The position numbers were made by a program, and so were the translations under genes. This document shows, piece by piece, positions 1-15,784 of a DNA stretch of 64,000 bases; position 1 is the stretch's first letter, and each line of letters opens with the position of its first letter. The stretch spans positions 61,745,437 through 61,809,436 of the forward strand of contig NC_068990.1 of the NCBI RefSeq assembly GCF_001194135.2. The letters run 5' to 3'. Origin of the DNA: Octopus bimaculoides. Its lineage: Eukaryota. The notes under the pieces are model-generated. The model ran no database searches. It saw nothing but the letters and a program-made list of their open reading frames with translations, and was not told where the DNA came from.

Positions 1-92
1 TATATGTATATATATATGTATATATATGTATATGTATATATATATGTATATGTATATATATATGTATATATATGTATATGTATATATATATG

Positions 93-125
<33 letters not shown>

Positions 126-150
126 GTATATATATATATATATATATGGA
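1..150. repeat. (TA)n/(TATG)n microsatellite
   Basis: Directly visible. Confidence 0.95.
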
Positions 151-311
151 TATCTAAGCATTGAATTTATATGCCTACTCAAAGCAGTTCCCTGCACTAT
201 GCTCTGTAAAGTCAAGGCGGTGGCCTGGTAAAGCCTGGCCATAGCAGAGATGGTGAAACTCAGAAAAGGATACAGTTGTATGTATTCACTTGAAGAACTC
301 GTATATATATG

Positions 312-344
<33 letters not shown>

Positions 345-1164
345 CAATGTATGAATATTTATGCATGGGTAAGTATATGTGTGTGTGTATGTGTATATAT
401 ATGTATATATAGACATACATATATGCACATAGATACATATATAGACACAGATATACATATACATGTATATATTTGTGCATACACACATATATATGTATAC
501 ATTATATATATACACACATATATATATGAATTGCACCCACCCCCTCCTTATTGAGAAGATTACAGTTAAGTAGCATTTATAGTGTCATCCAATAGTTAAA
601 TTTCTTGATAAAATACATTAATATTCTTTCCCACCAACCCATATTTTTGTTTTGTCTTTTTTTTGTTAGAAATACCAAATCGATGCTATTAGGATTTCAT
701 TATGAAAATAAATGATGTAAAAGCGAGATTATGAACAAAATTATTCCAAGTTCATCACACGATAGAGATGTTGTCATGATTAGAAATGCATATATGCTAT
801 TACACACATTAAACACACACTCATACAGAGATATAATTATATATGTTTATGTATGTGTAGCAAGACAAACACTGACATAATTGCACATATGCTTAAAGAC
901 TAAAGTTGTTTTGAGAATAGCTTTTTTTCATTAACTTATTATATCGGGTGAAAGTTTTGAATGTAGAAGAATTATCGATCAATGTCTACAAAGGTTTCCT
1001 ATTGATTCGAAGAAAGAAGAAACAGGAATACCTGTAGCAAACTGGGATGAAACTGCAGCCCGATTTCAAGCTTATTTCAAAGGGTTTTTTAAAAAAGAAC
1101 TTCATTAGTCATGGAATAATGTGGGTAACGCATATACATATATGCATGCACATACACATATATG

Positions 1165-1202
<38 letters not shown>

Positions 1203-1216
1203 CGTGTGTATGTATG

Positions 1217-1269
<53 letters not shown>

Positions 1270-1589
1270 TTGATTTCATATAGCCATTACACTTTAGATA
1301 TATATCTACACAAATGTTTGTATGTATGTTTATTAATATATTTATTTATATTTTCATATCAAATGCATACAGACCCAAAAGAAATACAATGTACCTTAAG
1401 AAAAATGTGTGTATTAGGGTACTTTTTTCCCTGCTCTTTATTTATATATATCTATATATTTTTGTTACATATGTTTTAAATCACCCCAGTTTGTGATCTT
1501 CACATAATTCAAAAATAAAATTATATATTCTACTGTCAGTCATAGATAATACATCACTCTATTTAATGTTGATTTAATAATATAATATT

Positions 1590-1945
<356 letters not shown>

Positions 1946-2084
1946 TATAGTCTTGAATAGGGTGGATTTCTGAATTATACATCCAATGAAGGTGGTGATG
2001 GTGGCGATATCCTGAAGATGGATATTTTTGTGTGATGTTAGCATGTATAATGTTCATTTCTAATTATTGTTTATCCTATATGTA

Positions 2085-2450
2085 TATATATATATATGAA
2101 TATATATATATATATATATGAATATATATATATATATGAATATATATATATATATNNNNNNNNNNNNNNNNNNNNNNNNNNNNNNNNNNNNNNNNNNNNN
2201 NNNNNNNNNNNNNNNNNNNNNNNNNNNNNNNNNNNNNNNNNNNNNNNNNNNNNNNNNNNNNNNNNNNNNNNNNNNNNNNNNNNNNNNNNNNNNNNNNNNN
2301 NNNNNNNNNNNNNNNNNNNNNNNNNNNNNNNNNNNNNNNNNNNNNNNNNNNNNNNNNNNNNNNNNNNNNNNNNNNNNNNNNNNNNNNTATATGAATATAT
2401 ATATATATATATGAATATATATATATATATATGAATATATATATATATAT
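2085..2450. repeat. (TA)n-GAA minisatellite of about 18-22 nt spanning a gap
   Basis: Repeated tatatatatatatatatgaa on both sides of gap 2156-2387. Confidence 0.85.
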
Positions 2451-3191
2451 TATGTATATATACATACATTATTTATATACCTATGTACATAGAAACTTCA
2501 AAAACTGGTAGAACACACAAGTTAAAGAACAAAACAATTACAGTTAAATAAAACATACATCAACTTGCTTCCAGTGTAACATTAGTAGCAACTCCTCTTT
2601 TAGTTACCTCCTGGAACAATATTCATACTATAATATATTAAACTTAAAATTGTTACCATTTCTCAAAAAAAAAAGAAAAAGAGAGAGAGAGAGAATTCAG
2701 AAATTTGCAAAAAATTGTTTTTCAGTCTGCCAAAGTAACCTTTATTATTAGTTTTTTTTTTCCTTTTTATTTATTAACACAAAGGAAATAAGATAAAAAT
2801 CATATTTTATGTATACTTTCAGTTACAGATACTTGATGGATATCAAATGATAACTGTTCGAAGTGTTGTTGTCAGATATAAAAAGAAAACATTTTTTAAA
2901 TGATTTTCTCATGAGAACAAAGAAGACTGTCCCTGCTTTGGAGAGAAATGTTTGTTGAATGTAAGCACAGATAAAAAAAAATTGATTTTGAAGAAAAAAA
3001 AAATAGAAAACCCTGTTTTAATATGGTAATTGGTGCTGGTGATGTTGATTATTTTTTCTTTCCTTTTTCATTAAATTAACGAGAAGGAAAAATATAATGA
3101 GTAGTAAATTGTTTCCCTGCTTTTAAAATAATTTGAAGACAATTCTTGGTATTATTCCACAAAAGGATTTCCCTGCATTTTGTATTCTTAG

Positions 3192-3231
<40 letters not shown>

Positions 3232-3302
3232 TTCTTTTTTACTATGCATGAGGCCTGTATTGTAAAAGGAAGAGATATATTCAATAAAATAGCCCTCAGT
3301 AA

Positions 3303-3383
3303 CTTAATGCTACTTATTTTATCAATCCCAAAGGAATGAAAGGCAAAGCAGACCAGGCGGATTCTGGATTCAGAAACAGAAAG
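3303..3383 (-). mobile_element. SINE family C fragment (Deu/Nin-domain-like motif)
   Basis: tacttattttatcaatcccaaaggaatgaaaggcaaag.gacc, which on the minus strand reads ...ttgcctttcattcctttgggattgataaaataagta. Related fragments at about 9415-9484, 9835-9920 and 55350-55420. The Deu/Nin assignment is from recalled motif similarity only. Confidence 0.5.
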
Positions 3384-6300
3384 GTACCAAACTAAATTCT
3401 TTAACAGATGTAATCCGGCTCCTTACAACCAGCATCATCTGTACCGCCATAATAGTAGTAATAGTAATGAGAACAGCATTAGTAATTATTGTTATAAAAT
3501 GATAGTAATCATGATAGTATGTATGACATGAATGAATAGTATTATACTAAGTTTAAAGTTGTTACCAAAAATTCCTGTTTAGTAATTGAAACAAAAATAA
3601 AATTCCCTGCTTCAACAGTGATGTTAATTTCTGGATTTAATGATTATAATGACAACATTGTGTGTTTGTATGTGTTTGTGTGTACATCATGTGTAACACC
3701 ACCAACACATTAATAATAGCAGATTACACAATCTTCAGTTATGTCATTTCCTGATTTTGTATGATTTTTGGATACTTATTTTCTTCTTTAGATTCTTTGT
3801 CTTTAACTGGGGAGTGGGATGTTAAATAATAAAAAAAAATCAGTGTGTGTGTGTGTGAATATATATATATATATATACATACATACATACACACACATAT
3901 ATCTATATGTATAATGTGCATGTGTGTGTGTGTGTGTGTACATATGCAAATGAGATTTGATGTATCTGTTGAAATAGAACATACCATTTTTTAAAAAAAA
4001 TTTGCATCAGAATTGCAGTTAGAATTAGAAAAGAAACAGTAATTAGGGTTTTATCAACTTAACGAGAAGTTAATTAAGGTGAAGTTTTTCACTTTCTTGG
4101 CAACACCATTCATTGGGCTCTGATATATAATGCCACCATTCAAGGAATTTCTCTCACATGGTAATACCGCCTATTGAAAATGCCTCCCATAATGATGCCA
4201 TATGTTTTAGTGTTCACATACATGGTGAAATGTCCTCACTAAGCCTTGTTCCATGCCATGGCATCACTCATAGTGGTTTTTCTCTAACAGAAGTATCACT
4301 CAACAAAGTTCCCTCATGCAGAAATATCACTCACCAAGGCTCACTTATGCAGTGGCACTTACTCAGGTGGTGGAACACAATGGAAAATAGATTAGTTTCC
4401 TCTCTGTTAACATTTTCACTAAATAAACAGTTGTACAGCATTGTTCCAGAGAAAAAAAAAATTCATGTCAATGCCTTTTATTTAATTCATTTTACAAAAG
4501 TAAGGAATTTTTCCTTTCATATAAATTATCGCTTTTTGTTTGTTTTTTATTTCATATAAGACAAAATATTTAGAGAGAGAGACATAGAGAAGAGAATAAG
4601 AGAGAGAAAGAGACGGGNNNNNNNNNNGGGGGGGGGGGATGCAAACTGTATTTTTATATTACAATTTAAAATATCAATTTTTCTTCCATATATATTTCTT
4701 GTTTCGTTTTTTTTTTCAGCATATGAAAGAACTAAAAAAAAAACCCAAAAAACAATAGGTTTTAAAACATAGTTTACTTGACAAATATAAAAGAGTACCA
4801 AACTTTGACCACATACTACTATTTTTCCAAAAATGAGGTACCAAAAGCAAACACGGAACTTCAGTAAATAACTTGAAACTTTGACATCTACTTAAATAGT
4901 CTTATTGTAGCAGTCAAGGAAATAATAAACTGTAAAATTAAACAACAATTTAAAATTTTGTTTTAATTTGATATGATTTAAAATGGATTTTGGAGGAAAA
5001 TTATAATGGAATAAATAATAGATAATCTTACATTCTTGTAACTTGAAGATAAAAAAGAAAAGATGAATAATACTTTCAAGATGTATAATTATTTGAAAAT
5101 AAAGTTTTTTTTTTTTTATGAGACTGTTATAACATAAAACAAATAAGTTAAGTTTTACATCAAAAGTTTCCATATATTTGAATGCCAGAATCTTTGTTTA
5201 ATTTCAGAGAGCATTGCTAAATTCATTTGCATGTATTCCATGGCAGAAGCTTCACAAATGTTATAATATTTAAATAATAACAGAGCTCACATTTGTTCAT
5301 AGCTTTATAACAATAATATCTGGAACTGCTGAGTTCTTCTGGTTGCAAGTGTTAAATATTTAGGTTTGTGTCTTAGCCATGTCATAATTTTAGTAAGTAT
5401 AAGCATGTTCATTATATATTGAATAACTATAAGGGAATATATATTAACAGTACATCGTTGAATCAATGTTTTACAACTAAGGTGCTGCAGCAGCCTGGGT
5501 GCTATAGACAGTGCTTAGAGATGCAGCAAGATTGTCAGATTTGCAGGCTTAGAACATTGATAAAACAAAACTAAGATTTCTAAAATGATATCAACAAGGC
5601 TATCATAAATCAAGGTAGAGAGGGAAAAAAAAAAGAGACCCAAACAAACAAGACTTAAAAATGAGTGAATAGCTTGGATGGCTAGAGATGAATTGCATAG
5701 AGAAATTAGAAGTAAAAGTCAACTAGCTAAAATAATCAATGTCACAAAAAGTTATTTTCTATATGGAATAACAGAATAAGAAAAGAATATTTTGACCAGC
5801 TAAAGGCTACTTTATTTCTATGAAGTCTAGATTGTTGTTTTTTCCCCTTTTACTGGTATTATTCTAAAAAGAAAAAAAAAAAATCAACAAGTGAAATGAT
5901 ATATACACACTGCTCTTCTTCTGAAGAAAGACACATTTATGCACAATTAACACATGAGCACACTTATAACAAAGAACAGTTCATACAAACAGAGAAGACT
6001 TCATTTTTATCTCTTCTGTAAAATATATACTTTAATTAAGCATAATTTATGTCTATATTATGGTATAATGTTCTTGCCCAGAATATCTGCTTTCTTCCAA
6101 ATATTTAAGTCTTATAACAGTTAAGGCATTTAATGAATTAACCACAAGACATTTCAGACTAAATAAAGTATTTATGCATTTTTTTCTTCCTTCAGCATAA
6201 AGCCAATTCTTCTAAGATATAATTCATTGAAATTTCCATAGATCAATACTAAAAATATCTAACATGAAGTCCAATGGGGAGGAGAATATAGGAAGATGAA

Positions 6301-8365
6301 TCACTGAATTTAGCATCTGGTCTAGATTTTTATTATCTATGCCAATTACTGTGTTAGTAAATGTATTTGAGCAATATTTAGTTAGAATACCAGCTATTTT
6401 CACAGCAATCTAACAGAATGTGGCAAGTAGTTTTCAAATCTTAGAACGTATATGATAAAATACTATTTTATTGATATATTAGCTTATTAAATATTACTGA
6501 TTTAACACTATGTTATGTAGTGATATACAATCAGTACACAGCAATATTTTATACAAGGGATATTTTGAAAAGAATTCACTTAAAATGTTTTGAATGAGAA
6601 TGTTGAACATCTATAGTTATTGAGATCATTGACTTGGCTCAGTTTGATCAAAACTGTAAATGCATTTATATAAGTGTGTAGCGCTTCAAAATATTTTTGC
6701 AAATGTAGATGGTCAGTTAAGTTGGTCATAGTTCCAATGTCTCTATGCAATATATATTTCTTATTAATTTTCACAAATGACCAATATAATTATAACTGTA
6801 AAGCATGATTTCTCTGTGTTCACTTTGTTGAAGTGCATTTTATTAGTATGTGACCATCATAATACACAAGTTATTTTCAAACAGAGATGAATAGAATGCT
6901 TGTTTTAGCCTCCCAACTCAATACTAACATTTCTAAAATATACTTCATATCTAATTATCTATTCTTCTGATATGACATTAACCAATATTTTGTTAACCTT
7001 AAGACTAAGACAAATGCTTTCATTTGTTTGAGAAACGGAAGCATATTAAGTTTTGGACACTGTGAAGTGATAGTAATATCTTGTTAAATTAAAACCTTGG
7101 CCTAATTTACATTTTCAATTCACTTGCTTCTGTGATTTTTGGCTACAAACAATAAGAGAAAGACAGATTCTGGTACTGCAAAGCTACCTAGCTCTTAGTG
7201 CACATGGTAAAGAAATTTTTTCATTTGATATTTGACATCTTGATTGTTTTATTTTTGCAAGTAAGATGTATGTCTGGGTGGCAAAGGACAAAGTTTCAAA
7301 GGAAAGTTGATTTTATAGTTTACTGAGACTAATTCAATGATACAGTAAATAACCATAAATATCTCTGAACATTAAAGAACAGTCAAATGACTGACATTAA
7401 TTATACAAGACTCGTATGAAACTTAATACCACTCATTTGTAAAGAGGAATCAGGATTAAAGCCATGTAACAATATGATTCATATCACAATTGTAAACCAT
7501 TTACAAAACTCTACAGAAATATAATTTAAAACAAAATACTAATGATGATAAATGTTAAGCTTCTAAACAAGATCAGCATGTTTCATGAGAGTAAAGAGAG
7601 AAGTCATTTCACACCTTGAATTTACCAGGCTTCATTTGCCTAAAATACAGAAAGACCAACTGGTAATAAAAACAAATGGAAAATTATTATAGAACTGCTA
7701 TTTTGGAACACTATAGCAATAGCTTCCAGAAGTCAATACACATCGTTGTCATTTTTCAATAAACTATATTTTTGGTTTATTGTGAGTTTTCAATAAAACA
7801 AATCAAATATAGAAAAACTTTTAAAACAAAAAGTAATTCAGATGTCACAGAAACTTGAAACATTTTAGTTAAAACAATATTTCTATGTTTCTCAGCTTTC
7901 ACAACACATTAGTTATCAAATAATACAGTCTGTTGCACAGCCAGTTGTCACTACACCATTGTGTGTCACATATATCGTATTCCTAAGTACAGAATGTTAC
8001 TCAGCAATATTGTGTTACGCATACTGCATTCCTGACTACAGTATGGCTACACAGCATTCGTTATGTTAGAGCATTAGAGTCTATGACAGCAGTAACTACA
8101 GTTTAATAGAATGTATATATATATATGTGTATATACATACACATATAGATATACACAATTGTATGTATATGGATGTGCTTTTACAAAGACATTTAGATGA
8201 TAGTTTGCATGCTACAATATAAAAATACTTAAACTTTGTGACTCATACACTAAGATGCCACCTCAATAGTATACATATGTAAACCATATTACACAGGCAA
8301 GTGTATGTGTATATATATATATATATATACACACACACATAGTGTATCACAAGTAGACCTCTGTG

Positions 8366-8402
<37 letters not shown>

Positions 8403-9834
8403 ATTATCACAGAGGCTTAGTTGTGTGTCTATATCTGTGTATGCACACGCACATACACAAATATACGTACACAACTAACACTATACTTCTGAAATAAAAA
8501 CATTCAAATCTCTGTCATTCAGTCACAATGCAAGTAATATGAAATGCTTAGCACATTGAAAAATAATTTAAATAAACATATTCCAGAATATATTCCCAAA
8601 GTTCATTTAGTGTAACAGTTTCTCGTGAACGCAGTATTCAAATAACCATTACTACTTTCCTAGAACTACGCCGATGCCAAAGTGTATCCATGCATGTTAA
8701 CAGTGAAATGTAAGAGAACAGTACTGTCATAAAAGCTAAACCAATAGAGCAGTGCTATGCAAATTTGCACTAGAAATCACAAGAAGCGCTGAATAATGTT
8801 GATATAAAGGATGCTAAAGTGGCAAAATTTGTTCCAGGGATAGCAAATGCAGAATGATGGAAGCTAGTAGAATATGTAATTCTATATATTTCACTGCACA
8901 ATCATGCTTGCTGAATTTTATTCCTTGTGTCAGGTAGCATTAGAGGTAGTGTGAAATATCGGCAATAAGTCAAAGAGTACATTCTCTTGTCGAGTTTCTA
9001 TCAATAGTATTTACCTTTGAAAGATAATTCCCTGTATGATGTAATAATGCAGTATAATGAATAAATTTCATATTAGAATAACTAACTGGGACCAGAATAT
9101 GGAAAAAGAAGAGATTTAGTGGAATGCTATTAAAATGAAGACTGATGTGTAAAGGAAATGCAATGCTGCTGAAATTTAGTTAAAACACATTATTCAAAAG
9201 TTAGTTTACCTCCAAGATTCACTTCATATTCTTGGAGCAAATGCAAATGAATATACTGATAATATATCCAGTAAATGAATGTAAAAAAATGAGCTAAGGG
9301 AAATAACTCAAATGAGTCAAAGTCATGAATTTGAATTAGTTAAGTGATGATATTTACAATTTTGTACAAGAAAAGAGCGAGATAGAGAGAAGTTGAATGA
9401 TTTATTTCCAGTGGGTTCATGTTTATTTTATCGACTTTGGGATGATAAAAGTAAAGTTGAGTTTGGTGGTACGTGAACATAGAGGAAACAAAAAAGTATT
9501 TTAGTTAATCTACCATTTCATTATCCTCAAAGTACCACAGTGACAATCTACTGCTGCCACTAAATAATAAATGCTTGACAAGATGTACTACAAACGTAAA
9601 TTTAAAAGGAATTTCTAGATTGATAAAAACTTTTATTTAAATTTAGTGCAAAGCTTTGAAGATGTTAAATGATTCACTTAAAGTTTAAAGTCAATTTTTG
9701 CCCCACAATATGTGCCTCTATAATGCAGTTTGGACCTCAATGCCTTTCATTCTCAAATAATTGTTTCTACCATTGGTACATGTCCAGAAATAGAGTATAT
9801 CAAATCCTGTACTTCAGCTGGATATATCAAATCT

Positions 9835-9920
9835 AGTACTTCAATGGTACTCTATTTTATCGACGCTGAGAGAATGAAATAAGAACTGCCTCTCAGTGTG
9901 ATATGAACTCTGAAAGTAAA
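9835..9920 (-). mobile_element. SINE family C fragment
   Basis: tggtactctattttatcgacgctgagagaatgaaa...tgaactctgaa, homologous to 3303-3383. Confidence 0.45.
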
Positions 9921-11865
9921 AACTTACAACTTACAAGGTATTTTCCCCCTTGCTCTAACAATTCCACCAAACCAGTGCCTTATTTAACTCTTAGATAATG
10001 GTGCTTTTAATGGGCAGCTCAATGTCAAGAATACAAGCAGAAATGGTAGAGTTGATCCAAGGGGAATATGAACTTAAAATACTAAAATATTATAATTAAA
10101 ACTGGAAATTGTCTATCCTAGTGTGGCACTGACTCAGTTCAAATGTCAAATTATCATGGTGATATGTAATAGACTTTCTTGTTCTAAAATATATCCTGCT
10201 TCAATACAAGGTGTGCAGATCCTATTGATGCACCAAAAGTGTTGCTTCAATCAACATGTTACTGTCTGACTCTGGAGTCCAATCATTGTTAACCAGATCA
10301 TGATTCCTACCATCAGGTTAGGCCAGGTATAGGATCATGTGTCACTGTAATGTATTGCTGCATCCACCATTTGTTGGTATTTAATTGAGCTGTTCCAGAT
10401 AACTCTCTAACCAATATCCTCAAATACTTCATCTGCCATCCCAGCTGGACTCTCAGAGAAGTGAACACCATGAGGAGCTGGAATTTTAACTCGGACCACA
10501 AAGAGCCAGAACAAACTGGAAAGTATCCTAAATTTTAAAAATACTCTATCAAAATTGATATAACAGTGACTTTAATCTGTAGTTTAAAGAATTTTATCCC
10601 TTTATCAAACGAATAATATAACCAACTGATTTTATAGAAATGGATAAGTTTCTGACAATTATCCATTATTAGTGAAAGACAAGCAAACAAATTAAATCTT
10701 GCTGTGTAATTATAAATAATAAAGCCTAGAGGTTGTTGTACATTAAATGAGCTGCTGTAAGTAGTCCTTGCAATCAGGAAAAATAGATGGATTCGAAGAT
10801 CCTACACTACTTGTTATACAAATAGAAATAGAGCTGATTTGGTCAAGTTCCATGGCTTATACATTACAAATTGGTAATGGAAACTAACTTATTAATACTG
10901 AATGAAAAGATTGTCTGCAACAACAAGAATTACAGAAATAATAGTACTAAAATTACATAGAAAGGTCCAAACATCTGCTTCTAACAGATGGAACCAAGCA
11001 GATAAAATGTGAAAATGATTTACATTGGCTATAGAAAAGCTTATGATTCAATGGAATGGCAGTATTCTCAGGAAATGGGAATTTTGTTAATATCTGTCAG
11101 AATATCATTAGATGCATCAAGAAGTCTCTTATTAACAACAATACTGAGCTTAACAAGAATAAAGTAAGCATTAGTAAATGTATATTCCCAGGAAACTCAC
11201 TGTCAGTAGTACTTTTCATAACAGGTTCATTTCAGAGTAGAACACAACCAAAGGATATGTAAATAAACTAATGATAGAAGAATGGTTTTCTATTAAGGAT
11301 AATATGATTCGGTAAGGAAAAGATCAAATGATTTGGTGATACTTATCCCAAGCCTTACTGTATGGAGTTTTGTTCTTAGAAAAGCCACACAACTATCTTC
11401 CCAATGTAGTATAGTACTTTGTAATGTGTGAGTGGGTATTTTATTGCACATTAATCTCATGTAAATTAACTGAATTTACAGAACTGCACAATTCATGCAG
11501 CATATAAAAACCTAAGGAATAAACATTTGTGTAAGGTGAGATCAATTAAACATCTGGGCAGAGTTAAAGATATACAGTGTCTGCAAGACGAACTCTTCAG
11601 CAGAAATATTCTGAGTAATCAATATGTAATAGAGATACAAAGTAAAAACAGTTTAAATAAAAATAAAGCTACCTGGACTGAAGTTCAATAAATAAATTGA
11701 TAAACATAAAATGACATTGAAATCTGAACCTATTGTAAATAGAATATAGAAAGGTGTTGATCTTAGAGTTTATATGGTAACGTTTTAAGACCTAGAGAGG
11801 GAAAAAAATTTAAATATACATATACCAGTTTTAAAACAGAAAATATCGGAAGAGTACGTGTGTGT

Positions 11866-12021
11866 TGGTTTAGACATATGTCTAAGAACACAAACACACA
11901 TATACATACATATATATATATATATAGTATTCAACTGATGGTTTAGACATATGTCTACAGACAAATATAGTCTAAGAACACAAACACATATATATATATA
12001 TATATATAGTATTCAACTGAT
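11866..12021 (+). repeat. Local imperfect tandem duplication
   Basis: ggtttagacatatgtcta...agaacacaaacaca..(ta)n..gtattcaactgatg occurs twice in tandem next to a gap. Confidence 0.8.
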
Positions 12022-14559
12022 GTCTTACACACCNNNNNNNNNNNNNNNNNNNNNNNNNNNNNNNNNNNNNNNNNNNNNNNNNNNNNNNNNNNNNNNNNNN
12101 NNNNNNNNNNNNNNNNNNNNNNNNNNNNNNNNNNNNNNNNNNNNNNNNNNNNNNNNNNNNNNNNNNNNNNNNNNNNNNNNNNNNNNNNNNNNNNNNNNNN
12201 NNNNNNNNNNNNNNNNNNNNNNNNNNNNNNNNNNNNNNNNNNNNNNNNNNNNNNNNNNNNNNNNNNNNNNNNNNNNNNNNNNNNNNNNNNNNNNNNNNNN
12301 NNNNNNNNNNNNNNNNAAATTCTAACACTGTCCTGTGGTTAAATAGTGGTGATTATAAGCCAAAAGACATCTTGACATTAAAAGAGCCAGTAATAAAATG
12401 TATCCTTAGGCAAGGTACTTTACTATGCTTGGTAAAAACAGATACTTTTACTACATTCAGCATTGTAAGACTGATTTCCCATGCAAGAATTCAAATCTTT
12501 TTTAGAGAGATGAAGAAAATGTAAGAATATTCTCTACTCAGTAGGACAAAGAAATTTTAGTAAATAAATAAACAAACATATATACATTCCTATAGATATA
12601 TGCAATATTAAGGAGTGAAATCACCCTTTGGAAATGAGAGAGTAATCCATAACTGATATAACAATTTTTGTGAGTTGTACATATTTTGCAACATATCATA
12701 ATTCTTCATCCAAGCTTGCTTTATTAAAATTATGATCAAGAATGATTGAAATAAATAGAAATCTTTCCTCTGGATATGTTTAATATATACATGTCTTTAT
12801 TTTATGTTGTTCAACTGGAAACCTGCTAAAGGGTTACATCATTATTTCCTGAAAAAATTTCATTTAGGGATACAGCTTTAGTGTGTTAAGCATGCAAATT
12901 GCTATACTGCAAGCAGATTTAAATTTGAACTAAAATCTACTTTGAAACAAGCTGTTTTACCCCAAAGGCAAGGCAAGAAAATTGTTTAGGAAGATTTTTT
13001 TTCATGTAAACAATGGTCTGATGTACTTAAAGGATTAAATCACAAACTTTGTTTTTGTTTGTTTATGATGAAAGTAGTTGTAATAGTTTAAAACCAAGAA
13101 TGTAATGGCTGGGTGGTTTAAACCATTAGAAAACTGCCATAAACCATGGTTTCAAATCACACCATTGATATTACTTTATACAGCACTGGTTGATGAAACA
13201 TTACTCAGCTTCATTCTACCATATTAAGCAATAACTAACATCAACAAGTGTTTCAAAGGACATCTAGTTATTACCTATAATAGAAGTTTATGTAAACAGC
13301 CGTAGTTTTAGAAACATCAAAGCTCTTAATGAAGAGATAAATTTTAAAAAATTAAAAAACATAAAAATCAGTATCTTTTTCTATTTGAGTGAGAAACCTA
13401 AATACTTTCAACTTTATTGACTTTCTTTTAACAACCTTTACCTTCAGATCAGATCTTTAATGACTCAAAATGAGAAATTTAACTTTTGAAACTTCACTTC
13501 TTTATAAAATATGTTAGGTTAAAGTGGATCTTATTTCACTGAAATGCATTTTTTTTTTCCTTTTTGTTTAACTTTAAACTTTTCAATTATTGAATTATAA
13601 TTGATGTTGCACCTCTCAGAGACCATGAAATAGTGTACATTTTTTCTTTTTTTTTTTTTTCATTTAATTTCTTTCCTATCTAATGTCACATTAGCTATCT
13701 TTTCAAGTTCAAACAGATGAAATGTTTAAACTTATAATTAAAGAAGTGGTTTCATTTCCAACCTTGTAACAGTAATGAAAACCTAAGAGTAGTCAGTAAA
13801 TTATATTTTCAGACCTTTCATGTTGTTGTTGTTGTTGTTGTTCAGTAGTTCTGATCATAGCTTAAACAGATTCATCTATATCACAACTGAATGCTTCAGA
13901 ACAACCAGCAGGTTCAATAAACCAAACGTTAGCCATATCAGTTAGCTGAGCAGACATGTAAATTATAAGAATAGCATTCTAGCCATGGCAATCATACATT
14001 AATTGTGATTTAAAATTTAAAATAACAAAATTTTCATTTAAAGATAGCCAAGATGTTGTTGCTAGATTGAATAAGTTGAAAGATTATAGACAAGCTATAT
14101 TACTGAAACAAAGTTAAGTTGTCACTTTACTCTGGTGTCAAGACATAGTAAGAACCAGTTCCAAGAATTATAGGTTTCAAATCTATATCACAAATCAGGA
14201 ATGTTGATTTTTTTTTTTTTTTTTTCCTGAAATTTAAAATTGGCAAGCTTCAGTTAGAGAGATGCTAGATAATATGATATGGTGATGATGTATAATAATA
14301 GTAGCAATACCTCTACTGCTATCAGAATCATGACAGAAACAAAATATCATGTCATAGCACATGTAAACTCCAGTTCACTTCAGTCAAATTTTTACACAAT
14401 CTTAACCCTTGGCTTTCTCTTGAAAATAAGGTCAAATGATAAATATTGCAATGGAAAGTTTACTTTGCATATTTTCCTATATCACAAATACAAGGGTTTC
14501 CCATTTTGCAAACTCAAAGATGATATTTCATCAACAAATAACATGGAGATAACACAGAG

Positions 14560-14945
14560 TGGGGAGAAGATTTTTGTCTTGCAGTACAAGACAATCAACC
14601 TCACTAGTGCTGGTGCTACAATAAAATGCACCAATAACACTTTGTTAAAGTGGTGGACAAATGACTGGAAATGTGGACTCAAGAGGACCCTTGAAGTCTT
14701 GTCCTGTGAAGGACATGACAATCTCTCAAGTACTAGTGCCATGATAAAATGCACTTAGTGCACTCTTTAAACAGGATGGTGTCAGAAAGAACATACAGCC
14801 ATAGAAATCATGCAAAAAAAAATGGAATGTTCAAGCAAAATGTAATCCCCTGACCCATCTTGGAGGACAATAATTCTGAATAAGAACTGAGAGGACCCAT
14901 TCAACCCATGCCAGCAGGGAAAGCAGATGTAGATCATGATAGTGA
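14560..14945 (+). mobile_element. Diverged element with the same RTE-type 3' tail
   Basis: actagtgctggtg...aaaatgcac (internally duplicated)...caacccatgccagcagggaaagcagatgtag.tcatgat. Related degraded copies at about 21020-21226, 44960-45110, 49370-49505, 19968-20007 and 47846-47885. Confidence 0.5.
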
Positions 14946-15002
14946 AACTACAAATACCTTGTACCATTTAGACCAGATAGCACTCATTTGATATACACAT
15001 AC

Positions 15003-15033
<31 letters not shown>

Positions 15034-15578
15034 CCAGTTGTAGCAGCTTTGCATAGCTAAGAAAGGTGCCAACTTGATAGTGAATGCTTATGTGGCCTGA
15101 GCTATTGTTGCACACCTGCCGTTATATGTAGCCTGTAATCAGAACAAGAATCCAAGTCCAATATCAAGGCAGATGAAGAGAGTTGGAGGATTGAGATCTG
15201 AGAATGAGTACAGGAATGATTTCTCGATATTCACATAAAAATTTCAAAATCAGTGCTGCAAGCTAACAAATCACTTGTGAATTATACTATTCTACAGCTG
15301 CTTATGTGGTGAGTTGTTACCATTTTACTGACAGATGGACTAAGTCATTTGTTAGAATGGTAATTTGGACAATGGTAATAGCACAACACAATGACAGAAT
15401 ATGATGTACTGCCAAACTTCCAGCTTATGTTACACAATCCATTTGGATATGAATACTATCTTAATAAGCTACGTTAAAATATATAGTAATATAAATACGT
15501 TATTAAAGATTGCAAATCAATGTTTAAAAATGGCAAGAAAGTTGTTAAATGATGGGAATTCCTGATATCTGCATTTAA

Positions 15579-15784
15579 CCCCTTAGCATTTAAACTAGCC
15601 ATATTGGGCCAAAACATTCTGCCTGCTTTACATTCAAACTAGACAGATCCAGCTTCTCACATCTACCCTACAATGTCATCCTAAAAATGAGCAATCACAA
15701 AACTATAAGATAGTACATGATCAATTCAAAACAATGCGAATAAATAAGTATTAGACTTGGCAGAATAGTCTGAATGCTAAAGGG
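15579..15784. mobile_element. piggyBac-type MITE, copy 1
   Basis: Flanked by TTAA on both sides (15575-15578, 15785-15788). Terminal inverted repeats CCCCTTAGCATT / AATGCTAAAGGG (11/12). Interior homologous to 21316-21535. Confidence 0.8.

Noticed and set aside
8741-8769. CCAAT followed by octamer ATGCAAAT within palindrome TGCAAATTTGCA
   Set aside because: ATGCAAAT occurs several times in this AT-rich window and there is no gene start nearby.
14279-14758. 159-aa plus-strand ORF
   Set aside because: Its 3' half lies within an interspersed repeat with an internal duplication. There is no recognisable domain or splice context.
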